From an uncultured Solirubrobacterales bacterium (GTDB lineage Bacteria; Actinomycetota; Thermoleophilia; Solirubrobacterales; 70-9): a DNA stretch of 64,000 bases. Under the pieces are notes generated by a model that saw only the letters and a list, made by a program, of their open reading frames with translations, was not told the origin of the DNA and made no database searches. Position numbers and translations under genes: made by a program. Location of the stretch: NCBI GenBank assembly GCA_963729075.1, contig CAVSMU010000007.1, positions 219,543-283,542 of the forward strand, written 5' to 3'. This document shows positions 34,659 to 46,106 of the stretch, piece after piece. Position 1 is the stretch's first letter; each line of letters opens with the position of its first letter.

Positions 34659-36014
34659 TCAGTCGAGCGATGCGAGCACGGCGCGCGCCGCGTCCTCGCC
34701 CGAGCCGACGGCGCCGTCCATGTAGCCGTTCCAGACGAGCGCGGTCTCGGCACCCGCCCAGTGGATCGGGCCGATCGGTGCTCGCAGCGCCGCGCCGTGG
34801 TCCGTCCACGCGCCGGGCGGCATGAAGCCGCCGTAGCAGCCTCGCGACCACTCGTCGGCCGCCCACGCCCGGTCCACGTAGCCGATCGGCTCCGCCGCGT
34901 CGGGCCCGAAGAGCCGCCGGAAGCAGACGGCGACCGCGGCGCGGCGCTCGGCGACCGGCAGGTCGGCGTGCGCGCGGGCCGCGGCGCCCTCGAGGAACCC
35001 GAGCAGCACTCCCGGGGATCCGTCGGGCGGCGAGTTGTCGAACGCGACCGAGACCGGGCCGGTGGCGCTGATCACCGTGCCCGAGAGGCCGTGATCGCGC
35101 CAGAACGGGCGCTCGTAGATCGCCATGCACTTGACCACGCTCCCCTGGGCCATCCGCTGGCTGAGCCCGTCGCGGATCGCCGGCAGCGGCGGGTCGTAGG
35201 CGATCCGAGCCGCGAGCGTCGGGGGCACCGCGACGATCGCGCGGCGGGCCCCGACCGTGTGGCGGTCCGAGGTGACCGTGACCCCGTCGCCGTGTGCGAG
35301 CCCGCGCACCGGGGTCGACAGCTCGACGACGCCCTCGCCCAGCTGCTCGGCCATCCGCAGCGCGATCAGCTGGGTGCCGCCGACGACGCGGTCCTGCTGG
35401 GCGCCACCCTCGGTGTCCGTGAGCCGCTCGAGGGAGCCCGCCGAGCGGATGTAGAAGAGGACGTGGAGCAGCGACAGGTCGCGCGGCTCGCACGCCCAGA
35501 CGCCGATGATCGCGAGGCGCAGGATGTCGCGGGCGACCTCGGTCCGGACGTTGCGCCGCATCCACGACGCGAACGTCTCGGAGTCCCAGCGCTCCGCCTT
35601 CGGCGCCGTCCAGGGGGCGTCGAGGGGAACGGCTGACGCCATCCGGTTGAGCCGCCACATCGCCACTCCCACCTCCGCCAGCCCGACGGGGTTCGCGCGG
35701 GGGATCGTGCCCGAGTAGCGGGCCAGCTCGCCGCCGCGCTCGAAGAGGTTGGCGCCGCCCGTGTAGGTGGGGAAGGTCTCGAGCCCCAGATCGTCGATCA
35801 GCCGCAGCACCCGGTCCTGGGTGGGGCCCACCCACTGGGCCCCGATCTCGACCACCTTGCCGTCGCCGATCGGCTCGTTGAGCGTCCGCCCGCCGACCCG
35901 GTCGCGCGCCTCGAGCACGATTACCTCGCGATCGGCCCCTGCGAGGGCCCGCGCCGCCGCGAGCCCCGCAAGCCCGGCCCCGACCACCACCACGTCGACG
36001 TCCCGGCGCTCCAT
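34659..36014 (-). CDS. FAD-dependent (flavin) amine oxidase
   Basis: Dinucleotide fold VVVVGAGLAGLAAARAL...VLEARDRVGGR and a C-terminal WAGAETA motif. Confidence 0.88.
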   Translation of the reverse strand: MERRDVDVVVVGAGLAGLAAARALAGADREVIVLEARDRVGGRTLNEPIGDGKVVEIGAQWVGPTQDRVLRLIDDLGLETFPTYTGGANLFERGGELARYSGTIPRANPVGLAEVGVAMWRLNRMASAVPLDAPWTAPKAERWDSETFASWMRRNVRTEVARDILRLAIIGVWACEPRDLSLLHVLFYIRSAGSLERLTDTEGGAQQDRVVGGTQLIALRMAEQLGEGVVELSTPVRGLAHGDGVTVTSDRHTVGARRAIVAVPPTLAARIAYDPPLPAIRDGLSQRMAQGSVVKCMAIYERPFWRDHGLSGTVISATGPVSVAFDNSPPDGSPGVLLGFLEGAAARAHADLPVAERRAAVAVCFRRLFGPDAAEPIGYVDRAWAADEWSRGCYGGFMPPGAWTDHGAALRAPIGPIHWAGAETALVWNGYMDGAVGSGEDAARAVLASLD

Positions 36015-36100
36015 CGTGCGCCGAGCCTATCCCTCGATCAACTAGTCTCCCGCGCCGCCGAACCACCTGCGGCGGCTTCGCCGCCTGACATGCTCGTTTC

Positions 36101-36114
36101 GGTGCTAAAGCACC
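36101..36114. promoter_or_regulatory. palindrome GGTGCT-AA-AGCACC upstream of the sucC-like gene
   Basis: Perfect 6-bp arms, 13 nt upstream of the ATG at 36127, in a locally AT-rich stretch. Confidence 0.3.
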
Positions 36115-36126
36115 TCATCACAAACG

Positions 36127-37344
36127 ATGCGCTTCTACGAATACGAGTCACGCCGGATCGTCGAGCGGGCCGGGGTCCCGGTCACCGAGTACGGCTTCTG
36201 CACCACGGCAACCGAGGCCCGAGAGGCCGCCCAGCGGATCGGTGGCCCGACGGTGATCAAGTCGCAGGTCCTGACCGGTGGGCGGATGAAGGCCGGCGGG
36301 GTCAAGTTCGCCGACACGCCGGAGGAGTCCGAGGCGCACGCGGCCGAGATCCTGGGGCTCGAGATCAACGGCCACATGCCGGTAGGCGTCCTTGTCGATC
36401 CGAAGGCCGACGTCGAGCAGGAGTACTACGCCGCGGTGCTCTGGGACGGGCGCGCCAAGCGGCCGATGATGCTGTTCAGCGACATGGGCGGGATCGACAT
36501 CGAGCAGGTCGCCGAGCAGCACCCCGACCACGTCGGCCGCCAGCACCTCTCGAACCTCCACCCCGTCTCCGACTTCGAGGCCAAGCAGGCGGTCGCCCGC
36601 TGCGGGATGACCGGTCGCGAGCTGGGCCGCGCGACCGCGGTGCTCGCGAAGCTCGCGCGGCTTCAGCGCGAGTACGACATGACCCTGGCCGAGATCAACC
36701 CGCTCGCCCGGCTCGCCGACGGCTCGTTCGTCGCCCTCGACGCCCACATGGAGATGGAGGACGAGGCGATCGGGCGCCACAAGGCGATGCTCGCCGAGAT
36801 CGGCGTCGACCTCGAGGAGCCGCGCGAGCTCTACGAGCCGAGCGCGTTCGAGCGCAACGTGAAGGCGATCGACGCGGCTGACCACCGCGGCGTGATCCAG
36901 GGCAAGGATCACGGCTTCGAGGGCGACCTCGGCCTGGTGATCGGCGCGGGTGGCGGCTCGCTGACGCTCACGGACGCGGTGCGCAGCCAGGGCGGCAGGC
37001 CCGCCAACTACGCCGAGATCGGCGGCAATCCCTCGGTCGCCAAGGCCAAGGGGCTGGCGATGGAGGTGCTGAAGAAGGACGGGGTCGAGAAGATCGCGGT
37101 GATGATGTCGATCGTCTCCAACACCCGGGTCGACATCGTCGCCCGCGGAGTGATCAAGGCCTGCCTCGAGCTCGGCAAGGACCCGGCCGAGACGATCGCG
37201 ATCTTCCGCATCCCGGGTGCCTGGGAGGAGGAGGGCTACAAGATCCTGGACAGGTACGGGGTCGAGTACGCGGACCGCGGGACCTCGATGTGGGACGCGG
37301 CCGGGACCGCCGTTGAGAAAATTCAAGGAGGTGCGGGGCCGTGA
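36127..37344 (+). CDS. divergent succinate--CoA ligase beta-subunit-like ATP-grasp protein (citryl-CoA synthetase/ATP-citrate-lyase-like features)
   Basis: MRFYEYESRRIVERAGVPV is an ATP-grasp start. The CoA-ligase domain reads LVIGAGGGSLTLTDAVRSQGGRPANYAEIGGNPS. As I recall it, this is closer to the ACL/Ccs pattern (ANYGEYSG.PS) than to canonical SucC (NGAGLAMATMD...PANFLDVGG). Confidence 0.75.
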   Translation: MRFYEYESRRIVERAGVPVTEYGFCTTATEAREAAQRIGGPTVIKSQVLTGGRMKAGGVKFADTPEESEAHAAEILGLEINGHMPVGVLVDPKADVEQEYYAAVLWDGRAKRPMMLFSDMGGIDIEQVAEQHPDHVGRQHLSNLHPVSDFEAKQAVARCGMTGRELGRATAVLAKLARLQREYDMTLAEINPLARLADGSFVALDAHMEMEDEAIGRHKAMLAEIGVDLEEPRELYEPSAFERNVKAIDAADHRGVIQGKDHGFEGDLGLVIGAGGGSLTLTDAVRSQGGRPANYAEIGGNPSVAKAKGLAMEVLKKDGVEKIAVMMSIVSNTRVDIVARGVIKACLELGKDPAETIAIFRIPGAWEEEGYKILDRYGVEYADRGTSMWDAAGTAVEKIQGGAGP

Positions 37345-38252
37345 GCGTGTTGCTCCACGAGGACTTCACCTTCATGGTCCAGGGGATCACCGGGCGCGAG
37401 GCGGTCAACCTGACGCGCGAGTGCCTCGACTACGGCTCGCGGGTCGTGGGCGGGGTCACGCCCGGGCGGAAGGGCCGCGAGGTGCACGGCGTGCCCGTGT
37501 TCGACACGGTCGAGCAGGCGGTCGAGCACCACGGCTCCCCGCCGAACGGCGCCGTCGCCACGGTCCCCCCCGCGTTCACGAAGGACGCCGTGTTCGAGGC
37601 GATCGAGAACGGCATCAAGCTGATCGTCGTCGTCACCGAGCGGATCCCGCGCCGCGACGTCGCCGAGATGGTCGAGCTGGCGAATGAGCGCGGCGCGAGG
37701 ATCATCGGCCCCAACTGCCTCGGCGTGATCGCACCCGGGGTCGCGAAGATGGGCGGCATCGGCGGGCCGGCGAAGGATGCGCGCAAGGCGTACGAGCCCG
37801 GCCGCGTGGGAGTGATGTCGCGCTCGGGCGGGATGACGACCGAGATCTCCTCCTCGCTCACCGCCGCCGGCCTCGGCGTCTCGACCGCGGTCTCGATCGG
37901 CGGCGACGCGATCATCGGCTCCACCTACGCCGAGCTGATGCCGCTCTTCGAGGCCGACGAGCAGACCGAGGCGATCGTGATCTACACCGAGCCCGGAGGG
38001 CGCATGGAGGCGGAGCTGGTCGACTGGCGCGAGGCCAACGACTCGCGACTTCCGATCGTCGCGTTCATGGCGGGCAGGTTCATGGACGACGAGGAGATGC
38101 AGGGGATGAGCTTCGGCCATGCAGGCACCATCGTCGAGGGCAAGGAGGACTCCGCGACCGAGAAGATCGCGAGGCTCGAAGCCGCGGGGATCCCGGTGGT
38201 CGAGCGCATCCACGAGATCCCCGACGTGGTCCAGCAGAGGATCAATGCCTGA
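37341..38252 (+). CDS. succinate--CoA ligase alpha-subunit-like protein
   Basis: GTG overlaps the upstream stop (GTGA). CoA-binding N-terminus VQGITGREA, SRSGGMTTE, and the phosphohistidine loop SFGHAGTIV. Confidence 0.85.
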   Translation: MSVLLHEDFTFMVQGITGREAVNLTRECLDYGSRVVGGVTPGRKGREVHGVPVFDTVEQAVEHHGSPPNGAVATVPPAFTKDAVFEAIENGIKLIVVVTERIPRRDVAEMVELANERGARIIGPNCLGVIAPGVAKMGGIGGPAKDARKAYEPGRVGVMSRSGGMTTEISSSLTAAGLGVSTAVSIGGDAIIGSTYAELMPLFEADEQTEAIVIYTEPGGRMEAELVDWREANDSRLPIVAFMAGRFMDDEEMQGMSFGHAGTIVEGKEDSATEKIARLEAAGIPVVERIHEIPDVVQQRINA

Positions 38253-38293
38253 CATCTCCTCCGCTTCGCGTCCGGGGATGTCAGGGTTCGCCG

Positions 38294-38536
38294 ATGACTG
38301 ATGGCACGTTCATCGATGTCGAGCTCGCCCCGGAGGCTGCCGACGATCCCGAGCTCGCCCGCAAGCTCGAGGAGGTCTGCCCGGTCGACATCTTCAAGGC
38401 GACCGACGCGGGCACCGAGGTCGTACGCGAGAACCTGGACGAATGCGTGCTCTGCGAGCTCTGCCTCGAGGCCGCGCCCCCCGGGACCGTGGTCGTCAAG
38501 AAGCTCTACGACGGCACCGAGTTGCGGCGCGGCTGA
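38294..38536 (+). CDS. small ferredoxin-like protein (single Cys cluster)
   Basis: 80 aa with exactly four Cys arranged as CPVD...CVLCELC, a ferredoxin-type ligand set. Confidence 0.6.
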   Translation: MTDGTFIDVELAPEAADDPELARKLEEVCPVDIFKATDAGTEVVRENLDECVLCELCLEAAPPGTVVVKKLYDGTELRRG

Positions 38537-38577
38537 CGCCGCGGTGCCGCTCCCCGCTCATCGCTACCCTGGGGTCC

Positions 38578-39015
38578 ATGAGGTGGGGACTCGGGATCGT
38601 GGCCGGAGGCCTGGGTGCGGCGGCTGCGCTCGCCATCGCCGCGGGCGCTTTCGCGAAGCCGGATGAGCCGAAGCCGCCGCCGAAGCCGAAGCTCGAGCTG
38701 CGGACCGCGAGCCAGCAGGAGGCGCTCGCGACGCGGTCGATCAAGGTCGCGGTGAGCTCCAAGCGCGGCAGACAGGTGCGCGGCGAGGCGACGCTGGTGG
38801 TCGACCTGTTCCCCCCTCACACGCTCAAGCTCGGCCCGGAGTCCAAGCAACTCAAGCGCGGTAAGGCGAAGCTCCGCTTTCCGCTCAGCGCCCGCAAGCG
38901 CGAGGTGCTCGAGTTCGCGTCCCAGGCCTGCGACCAGGCGACGTTGGCCGTCGAGGCCCGCGCCGCGGGACAGACGGGCACGCTCAACGTGACCCTGCCC
39001 CCGGAGGGCTGCTAG
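38578..39015 (+). CDS. secreted hypothetical protein
   Basis: ATG at 38578. Signal peptide MRWGLGIVAGGLGAAAALAIAAGAFA, then a Pro/Lys-rich linker and a basic domain of about 100 aa. Confidence 0.55.
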   Translation: MRWGLGIVAGGLGAAAALAIAAGAFAKPDEPKPPPKPKLELRTASQQEALATRSIKVAVSSKRGRQVRGEATLVVDLFPPHTLKLGPESKQLKRGKAKLRFPLSARKREVLEFASQACDQATLAVEARAAGQTGTLNVTLPPEGC

Positions 39016-39044
39016 CCGAGCCTCGTGCGGAACACTGCCGTTCA

Positions 39045-40484
39045 GTGAACTTCACCGAGGACGTCCTCGAGCGCTTTCCCGCGTCGGCGCCGGCTCTGCT
39101 CGCGATCTCGCGCGACGGCGGGCGGCGCGTCTGGCATTTCGGCGAGCTGATCGCGATGTCCGCCGGGCTCTCGGGGGCGTTCGCAGCCCGCGGCATCGCC
39201 CACGGCGACGTCGTCATGACCCTCGTCGGCAACCGCCTGGAGTGGGTGCTGGCGATGCTCGCCTGCTGGCGGATGGGCGCGGTACCGCTGCCCTGCAACG
39301 CCCAGCTGCGCCGCAAGGACCTCGCGCTGCGCGCCGCGACCGCAGGCCCGGCACTCTGCGTCGGGGACGAGGACCTGCTCGGCGAACTGCCGGACGGGAT
39401 CCCGTACATGACCCTGGCCGAGGTCGGCGCCGCCTTGGACGAGGATCGCCCACAGGAGCCGCCGGCCGCCGTCGCCGACCTCGGCCCCGGCGACCCGGCG
39501 CTGATCGTCTTCACGTCCGGGACGACGGGCGAGCCCCGCGCGGCCCTGCACTCCCAGCGCTATCTGCCCGGACAGCGCGCGCAGGCCGAGCACTGGCTCG
39601 GCGCCCGTCCCGGTGAGCTGGTCTGGTGCACGACCGCCACGGGCTGGTCGAAGTCGGCGCGCAACGTCTTCGTCGCGCCGTGGCTGTGCGGCGCGGCGGC
39701 GATGATCGTCGACGGCCGCTTCGAGGCCGACGAGCGGCTGGAGCTCATCGAGCGCGAGGGCGTGGACGTGCTCTGCCAGGCACCGACCGAGTACCGGGCG
39801 CTGGCCAAGCGCACGGTACTGCGGGAGCTGCCGTCGCTGCGGCGGATGGTCTCCGCGGGCGAGGCGCTCAACCCGGAGGTCATCGAGGCGTGGCGCGAGG
39901 CGACCGGGCTCGCGATCAGCGACGGCTACGGACAGACGGAGACGGGCCATCTGACCGGCAACCTCGCCGGCGATGAGGTTCGCCCGGGCTCGATGGGCCG
40001 GCCGCTGCCCGGGTTCGACCTGCGGATCGCCGACGACGAGCTCCAGGTCCGGGTCGCGACCTGCCCGACGTTCTTTGACCGCTACCTGGACGCAGACCCG
40101 TTCGACGGCGAGTGGTGGCCGACCGGCGACGTGGTCCGCGAGGACGCCGACGGCTACCTGTGGTACGAGGGCCGCAACGACGACCTGATCCTCTCGGCCG
40201 GATACCGGATCGGCCCGTTCGAGGTCGAGTCGGCGCTGCTCACCCACCCCGCGGTCGCCGAGGCGGCCGCCGTCCCGGCGCCCGATGCCGAGCGGGGCGC
40301 GGTCGTGCGCGCGGTCGTCGTCCTGCGCGACCGTGGGCCGTCGCCGGAGCTGGTCCGCGAGCTGCAGGAGCACGTCAGGTCCGAGACCGCGCCCTACAAG
40401 TACCCGCGGATCGTCGACTTCGCCGACCAGCTCCCGAGGACCGCGAGCGGGAAGATCAAGCGCGCCGAGCTCCGCCTCTCGTAA
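39045..40484 (+). CDS. AMP-dependent acyl-CoA synthetase/ligase
   Basis: ANL motifs FTSGTTGEPR, DGYGQTE, GDVVREDADGYLWYEGRNDD and the C-terminal PRTASGKIKR. Confidence 0.88.
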   Translation: MNFTEDVLERFPASAPALLAISRDGGRRVWHFGELIAMSAGLSGAFAARGIAHGDVVMTLVGNRLEWVLAMLACWRMGAVPLPCNAQLRRKDLALRAATAGPALCVGDEDLLGELPDGIPYMTLAEVGAALDEDRPQEPPAAVADLGPGDPALIVFTSGTTGEPRAALHSQRYLPGQRAQAEHWLGARPGELVWCTTATGWSKSARNVFVAPWLCGAAAMIVDGRFEADERLELIEREGVDVLCQAPTEYRALAKRTVLRELPSLRRMVSAGEALNPEVIEAWREATGLAISDGYGQTETGHLTGNLAGDEVRPGSMGRPLPGFDLRIADDELQVRVATCPTFFDRYLDADPFDGEWWPTGDVVREDADGYLWYEGRNDDLILSAGYRIGPFEVESALLTHPAVAEAAAVPAPDAERGAVVRAVVVLRDRGPSPELVRELQEHVRSETAPYKYPRIVDFADQLPRTASGKIKRAELRLS

Positions 40485-40495
40485 CGTCAAGGGCG

Positions 40496-41809
40496 ATGCC
40501 GACCCCGCGGTCGATCCAGCGGACCTACCTGACGCTGATGCTGGGCAACACGCTGGCGGCCTCGTTCATCTGGGGCATCAACACGATCTTCCTCCTCGAC
40601 GCGGGGCTCTCGAACGCCGAGGCGTTCGCGGCCAACGCGTTCTTCACCGCGGGCATGGTGATCTTCGAGGTCCCGACCGGGGTGGTCGCCGACACGATCG
40701 GCCGCCGCGTCTCCTACCTGCTGGGCACGCTCACGCTGACCGCGTCAACCGCCCTGTACGTGCTCCTCTGGCAGATCGAGGCGCCGTTCTGGGAGTGGGC
40801 CGTCGCGTCGATGCTGCTCGGGCTCGGCTTCACCTTCTTCTCCGGCGCGGTCGAGGCGTGGCTGGTCGACGCGCTCGCGGCGACCGGCTTTACCGGCGAC
40901 CTCGAGTCGGTCTTCGGGAAGGGACAGATCGTCTCGGGGATCGCGATGCTGACCGGGTCGGTCGCCGGCGGCCTGATCGCCCAGGCCACCAGCCTCGGCG
41001 TCCCGTTCGTGGTCCGGGCCGCTGTGCTTGCGGTGATGTTCGTTGTGGCGTTCCGGCTCATGCACGATGTCGGCTTCACCCCCAAGAAAGGCGGGCGGCC
41101 GGTCGCCGAGATGCGCGAGATCACCGCCGACTCGATCGAGTACGGCTGGCGGGTTCCGGCGGTCAAGTGGCTGATGTTGAGCTCGCTGTTCAGCGGCGGC
41201 GTCGGCTTTTACGCCTTCTACGCCCTGCAGCCTTACCTGCTGGAGCTCTACGGCGACCCGACCGCGTACTCGGTCGCCGGGTTGGTGGCGGCGATCGTCG
41301 CCGGGGCCCAGATCCTCGGCGGGATCGCGGCGCCGCGGATCCGCAGGTTGTTTCATCGCCGGACCTCGGCGCTGCTCGGGATGTCGGCCCTGGGCGTACT
41401 CGCCCTGACGCTGATCGGCCTGATCGAGGTGTTCGCGGCCGTGATCGCGCTGATCGTCGTCTGGGGGCTCCTGTTTGCGGCCGAGATGCCGATCCGCCAG
41501 GCCTACATCAACGGGATGATCCCGTCGAAGCAGCGCGCGACGATCCTCTCGTTCGACTCGCTGATGGCCTCCGCGGGCGGCGTCTGGGCCCAGCCCGTCC
41601 TCGGGCGCTCGGCGGACGTCTGGGGCTACGCGCCGTCGTATCTGCTCAGCGCCGGGATCGCGGCGTTCGCTGTCCCGTTCATCTGGCTCTCGCGGCGTGA
41701 GCGCAACCCGGCCGACACGTTGGTCGGTGCCCCCACTCCGGAGGCGGAGCCGGCGCCGGGCGCAGTCGAGGCGCGGCCGGCGATCGCGGGCGCGGCGACC
41801 GACTGCTGA
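40496..41809 (+). CDS. MFS transporter
   Basis: ATG at 40496. About 12 hydrophobic segments. VADTIGRR is an MFS loop 2-3 motif. Confidence 0.85.
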   Translation: MPTPRSIQRTYLTLMLGNTLAASFIWGINTIFLLDAGLSNAEAFAANAFFTAGMVIFEVPTGVVADTIGRRVSYLLGTLTLTASTALYVLLWQIEAPFWEWAVASMLLGLGFTFFSGAVEAWLVDALAATGFTGDLESVFGKGQIVSGIAMLTGSVAGGLIAQATSLGVPFVVRAAVLAVMFVVAFRLMHDVGFTPKKGGRPVAEMREITADSIEYGWRVPAVKWLMLSSLFSGGVGFYAFYALQPYLLELYGDPTAYSVAGLVAAIVAGAQILGGIAAPRIRRLFHRRTSALLGMSALGVLALTLIGLIEVFAAVIALIVVWGLLFAAEMPIRQAYINGMIPSKQRATILSFDSLMASAGGVWAQPVLGRSADVWGYAPSYLLSAGIAAFAVPFIWLSRRERNPADTLVGAPTPEAEPAPGAVEARPAIAGAATDC

Positions 41810-41821
41810 CTCTCCGGCCGG

Positions 41822-43816
<1,995 letters not shown>

Positions 43817-43843
43817 CAGCCCTCCTCGCGTCGTCGAAACGTT

Positions 43844-43875
43844 GGGCCGCGGGCCAGACCGAAGGCCCGCGGCCC
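43844..43875. terminator. GC hairpin between the actP end and the acs start
   Basis: GGGCCGCGGGCC (43844-43855) pairs perfectly with GGCCCGCGGCCC (43864-43875) across an 8-nt loop. On the minus strand it is followed by AACGTTTCG. Confidence 0.45.
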
Positions 43876-43882
43876 GATTCTC

Positions 43883-45544
43883 CTACGTCCGGCGGTGTTG
43901 GTGCTCCGTCATCGCGGCAACCGGCTCGCGGCGACGCGTCCGCGGCGGTGGCGTTGGCGCCTCCGCCGGCCGCTCGAGCGGCGCCTCGGCGCCGAGTCCG
44001 GTCTCCGCGCGCACGTGGAGCTCGTCGAACCCACGCTCGGCCTTCGTCTCGTCACGCGAGAGCAGGGATCCGATGATGCAGCCCAGGAACCCGAGCGGCA
44101 CCGAGATGATCGCCGGCTGGGTGAGCTCGATCAGCGGGTCGGACGTTCGAACGTCGGGCCCGAGCAGCACCAGCCCGACCGAGCTGACCACTCCCAACAG
44201 CACGCCGGTGACCGCGCCGGTGGTGTTGAACCGTCTCCAGGTCAACGCCAGCAACAGCGCCGGGAAGTTGGCGCTTGCGGCAACCGCGAACGCGAGCCCG
44301 ACCATGTAGGAGACGTTGAGGTCGGAGCCGCCGACGATCGCGATCGCGATCGCGATCGCGCCGATCGCAAACGCCGCGATCCGGGCGACGTGGACCTCCT
44401 CCTTCTCCGAGTCACGGCCCTTGCGGATCACGTTGGACCAGACGTCGTGAGCGACCGCTCCGGACGCCGAGATCACGAGCCCCGCGACCACCGCGAGGAT
44501 GGTCGCGAAGGCGACCGCGGCGATGATCGCCAGGAACGCGTCGCCGCCGACCGACCCGGCTCCACCGCCGACGCTCTGCGCCAGCAGCGGGGCGGCGAGG
44601 TTCCCGGCCTCGTCGACCGCTCCGGTCGTGCCCGCCTCGCCGAGGAGCGCCCGTGAGCCGAAGCCCAGGAACGTCGTCATCACGTAGAAGGCGCCGATCA
44701 GGCCCACCGCCCAGACGACCGACGAGCGCGCCGCCTTGGCGTTCGGCACGGTGAAGAACCGCATCAGGATGTGCGGCAGCCCGGCGGTGCCGAGCAGCAA
44801 CGCGATCCCGAGCGAGATCGTGTCGATCGGGTTGGTGAAGTTGAGGCCCGGGGCGAGATAGGCCCCGCCGTCGTCGGACTGCTCCGCCGCCCGGTCGAAG
44901 ATGTCGATCGGGTTCCAGCCGATCTTGCCCAGCACGAACAGCGACAGCACGATCGTCGCCGTCATCAGCAGCACCGCCTTGATGATCTGCACCCAGGTGG
45001 TCGCCAGCATGCCGCCGAAGATCACGTAGCAGAGCATGAACCCGCCCGTGATGAGCACAGCCAGACTGAAGTCGATCCCGACCAGGGCCTGGATCAACGC
45101 GCCGGCGCCGACCATCTGCGCGATCAGATAGAAGCCCGCGACGACCAGGGTCCCGAGCGCAGCGGCGACCCGGGCGGGGCGCTCGTTGAGCCGGAACGAG
45201 AGGACGTCGGCCATCGTGAACTTGCCCGAGTTGCGCATCCGCTCCGCCAGCAGGTAGAGCACGATCAGGAATGCGACCAGGAAGCCGACCGAGTACAGGA
45301 ATCCGTCGAAGCCGAACAGGAAGATCAGCCCGGCGATGCCCAGGAACGATGCCGCCGACATGTAGTCGCCGGCGATCGCGAACCCGTTCTGCACCCCGGT
45401 GATCCCCCGTCCGGCGGCCCAGAACGTTGTCGCGTCCTTGGTCCGCTTCGAGGCCCAGTAGGTGATCCCGAGGGTGATCGCGACGACCACCGCGAAGATC
45501 GAGACCGCCTCGACATTGATCTCTGCGAGTGGGAGGAAGCTCAT
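43883..45544 (-). CDS. actP: cation/acetate symporter (SSS family)
   Basis: 553 aa. FWAAGRGITGVQNGFAIAGDYMSAASFLGIAGL is the ActP signature. Its start overlaps the DUF485 gene stop (TGATG). Confidence 0.9.
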   Translation of the reverse strand: MSFLPLAEINVEAVSIFAVVVAITLGITYWASKRTKDATTFWAAGRGITGVQNGFAIAGDYMSAASFLGIAGLIFLFGFDGFLYSVGFLVAFLIVLYLLAERMRNSGKFTMADVLSFRLNERPARVAAALGTLVVAGFYLIAQMVGAGALIQALVGIDFSLAVLITGGFMLCYVIFGGMLATTWVQIIKAVLLMTATIVLSLFVLGKIGWNPIDIFDRAAEQSDDGGAYLAPGLNFTNPIDTISLGIALLLGTAGLPHILMRFFTVPNAKAARSSVVWAVGLIGAFYVMTTFLGFGSRALLGEAGTTGAVDEAGNLAAPLLAQSVGGGAGSVGGDAFLAIIAAVAFATILAVVAGLVISASGAVAHDVWSNVIRKGRDSEKEEVHVARIAAFAIGAIAIAIAIVGGSDLNVSYMVGLAFAVAASANFPALLLALTWRRFNTTGAVTGVLLGVVSSVGLVLLGPDVRTSDPLIELTQPAIISVPLGFLGCIIGSLLSRDETKAERGFDELHVRAETGLGAEAPLERPAEAPTPPPRTRRREPVAAMTEHQHRRT

Positions 45545-45972
45545 CAGTGCCTCACCTCCCGGCCGCCGTTACCGTGGCCATCGGTGCGAGCGCCATTGCC
45601 GCCGGCCGTCCTGGTCGACGACAGTTCCACCGCCCGCTCAGCAGCCCGCTTCGCGAGCGGGTCGAACATCCGGTTGGAGCGCCGCAGGTACAGCCAGCCC
45701 AGGAACCAGGTCATCACGAACTGGGTCAGCGCCAGCGCGTAGCCGACGGTGAAGCCGTCGATCAAGCGCTCGCCCATGAAGTCGGGGGCGTAGCCCGCGA
45801 GGGCGATGAAGCCGAAGTACCAGATGAATACGAACGCCAGCACCGGGATCACGAACGAGCGGCGCCTGTGCACCAGCTCCTTGAACTCAGGGGTGCGCGC
45901 AGCGGCGCCCCAGTCGATCTCGTGATGGTGCGCGGATCCCCCCACAGCCGCCCCCACAGCTGTGTCAGCCAT
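45544..45972 (-). CDS. DUF485 inner-membrane protein (YjcH-like, ActP partner)
   Basis: Two TM segments with FKELVHRRRSFVIPVLAFVFIWYFG. Sits in the canonical position upstream of actP. Confidence 0.85.
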   Translation of the reverse strand: MADTAVGAAVGGSAHHHEIDWGAAARTPEFKELVHRRRSFVIPVLAFVFIWYFGFIALAGYAPDFMGERLIDGFTVGYALALTQFVMTWFLGWLYLRRSNRMFDPLAKRAAERAVELSSTRTAGGNGARTDGHGNGGREVRH

Positions 45973-46068
45973 CTCTGCTCCCTTGTCGGGGTTCTCACCC
46001 CGGGAGCCCCCCGGTCCTCCCGGAGTCCTCTCCCTCCCCCACTTCCCAACGGGCCGCGGGACAAACCA

Positions 46069-46086
46069 AAATCGCCGAAATCGCCG
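46069..46086. repeat. tandem direct repeat AAATCGCCG x2 in the divergent promoter region
   Basis: Two exact 9-nt units sit back to back between the DUF485-actP operon and the MFS gene at 46107. Confidence 0.4.
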
Positions 46087-46106
46087 TTCCAGGTATCCAT
46101 TCAGGC

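Noticed and set aside
36101-36114. A regulon linking the ccr inverted repeat (AAGCAC-N7-GTGCTT) with the GGTGCT-AA-AGCACC palindrome upstream of the sucC-like gene.
   Set aside because: They share only the AGCAC/GTGCT core. Half-site orientation and spacing are different, which is too weak to claim a common regulator without a genome-wide motif search.
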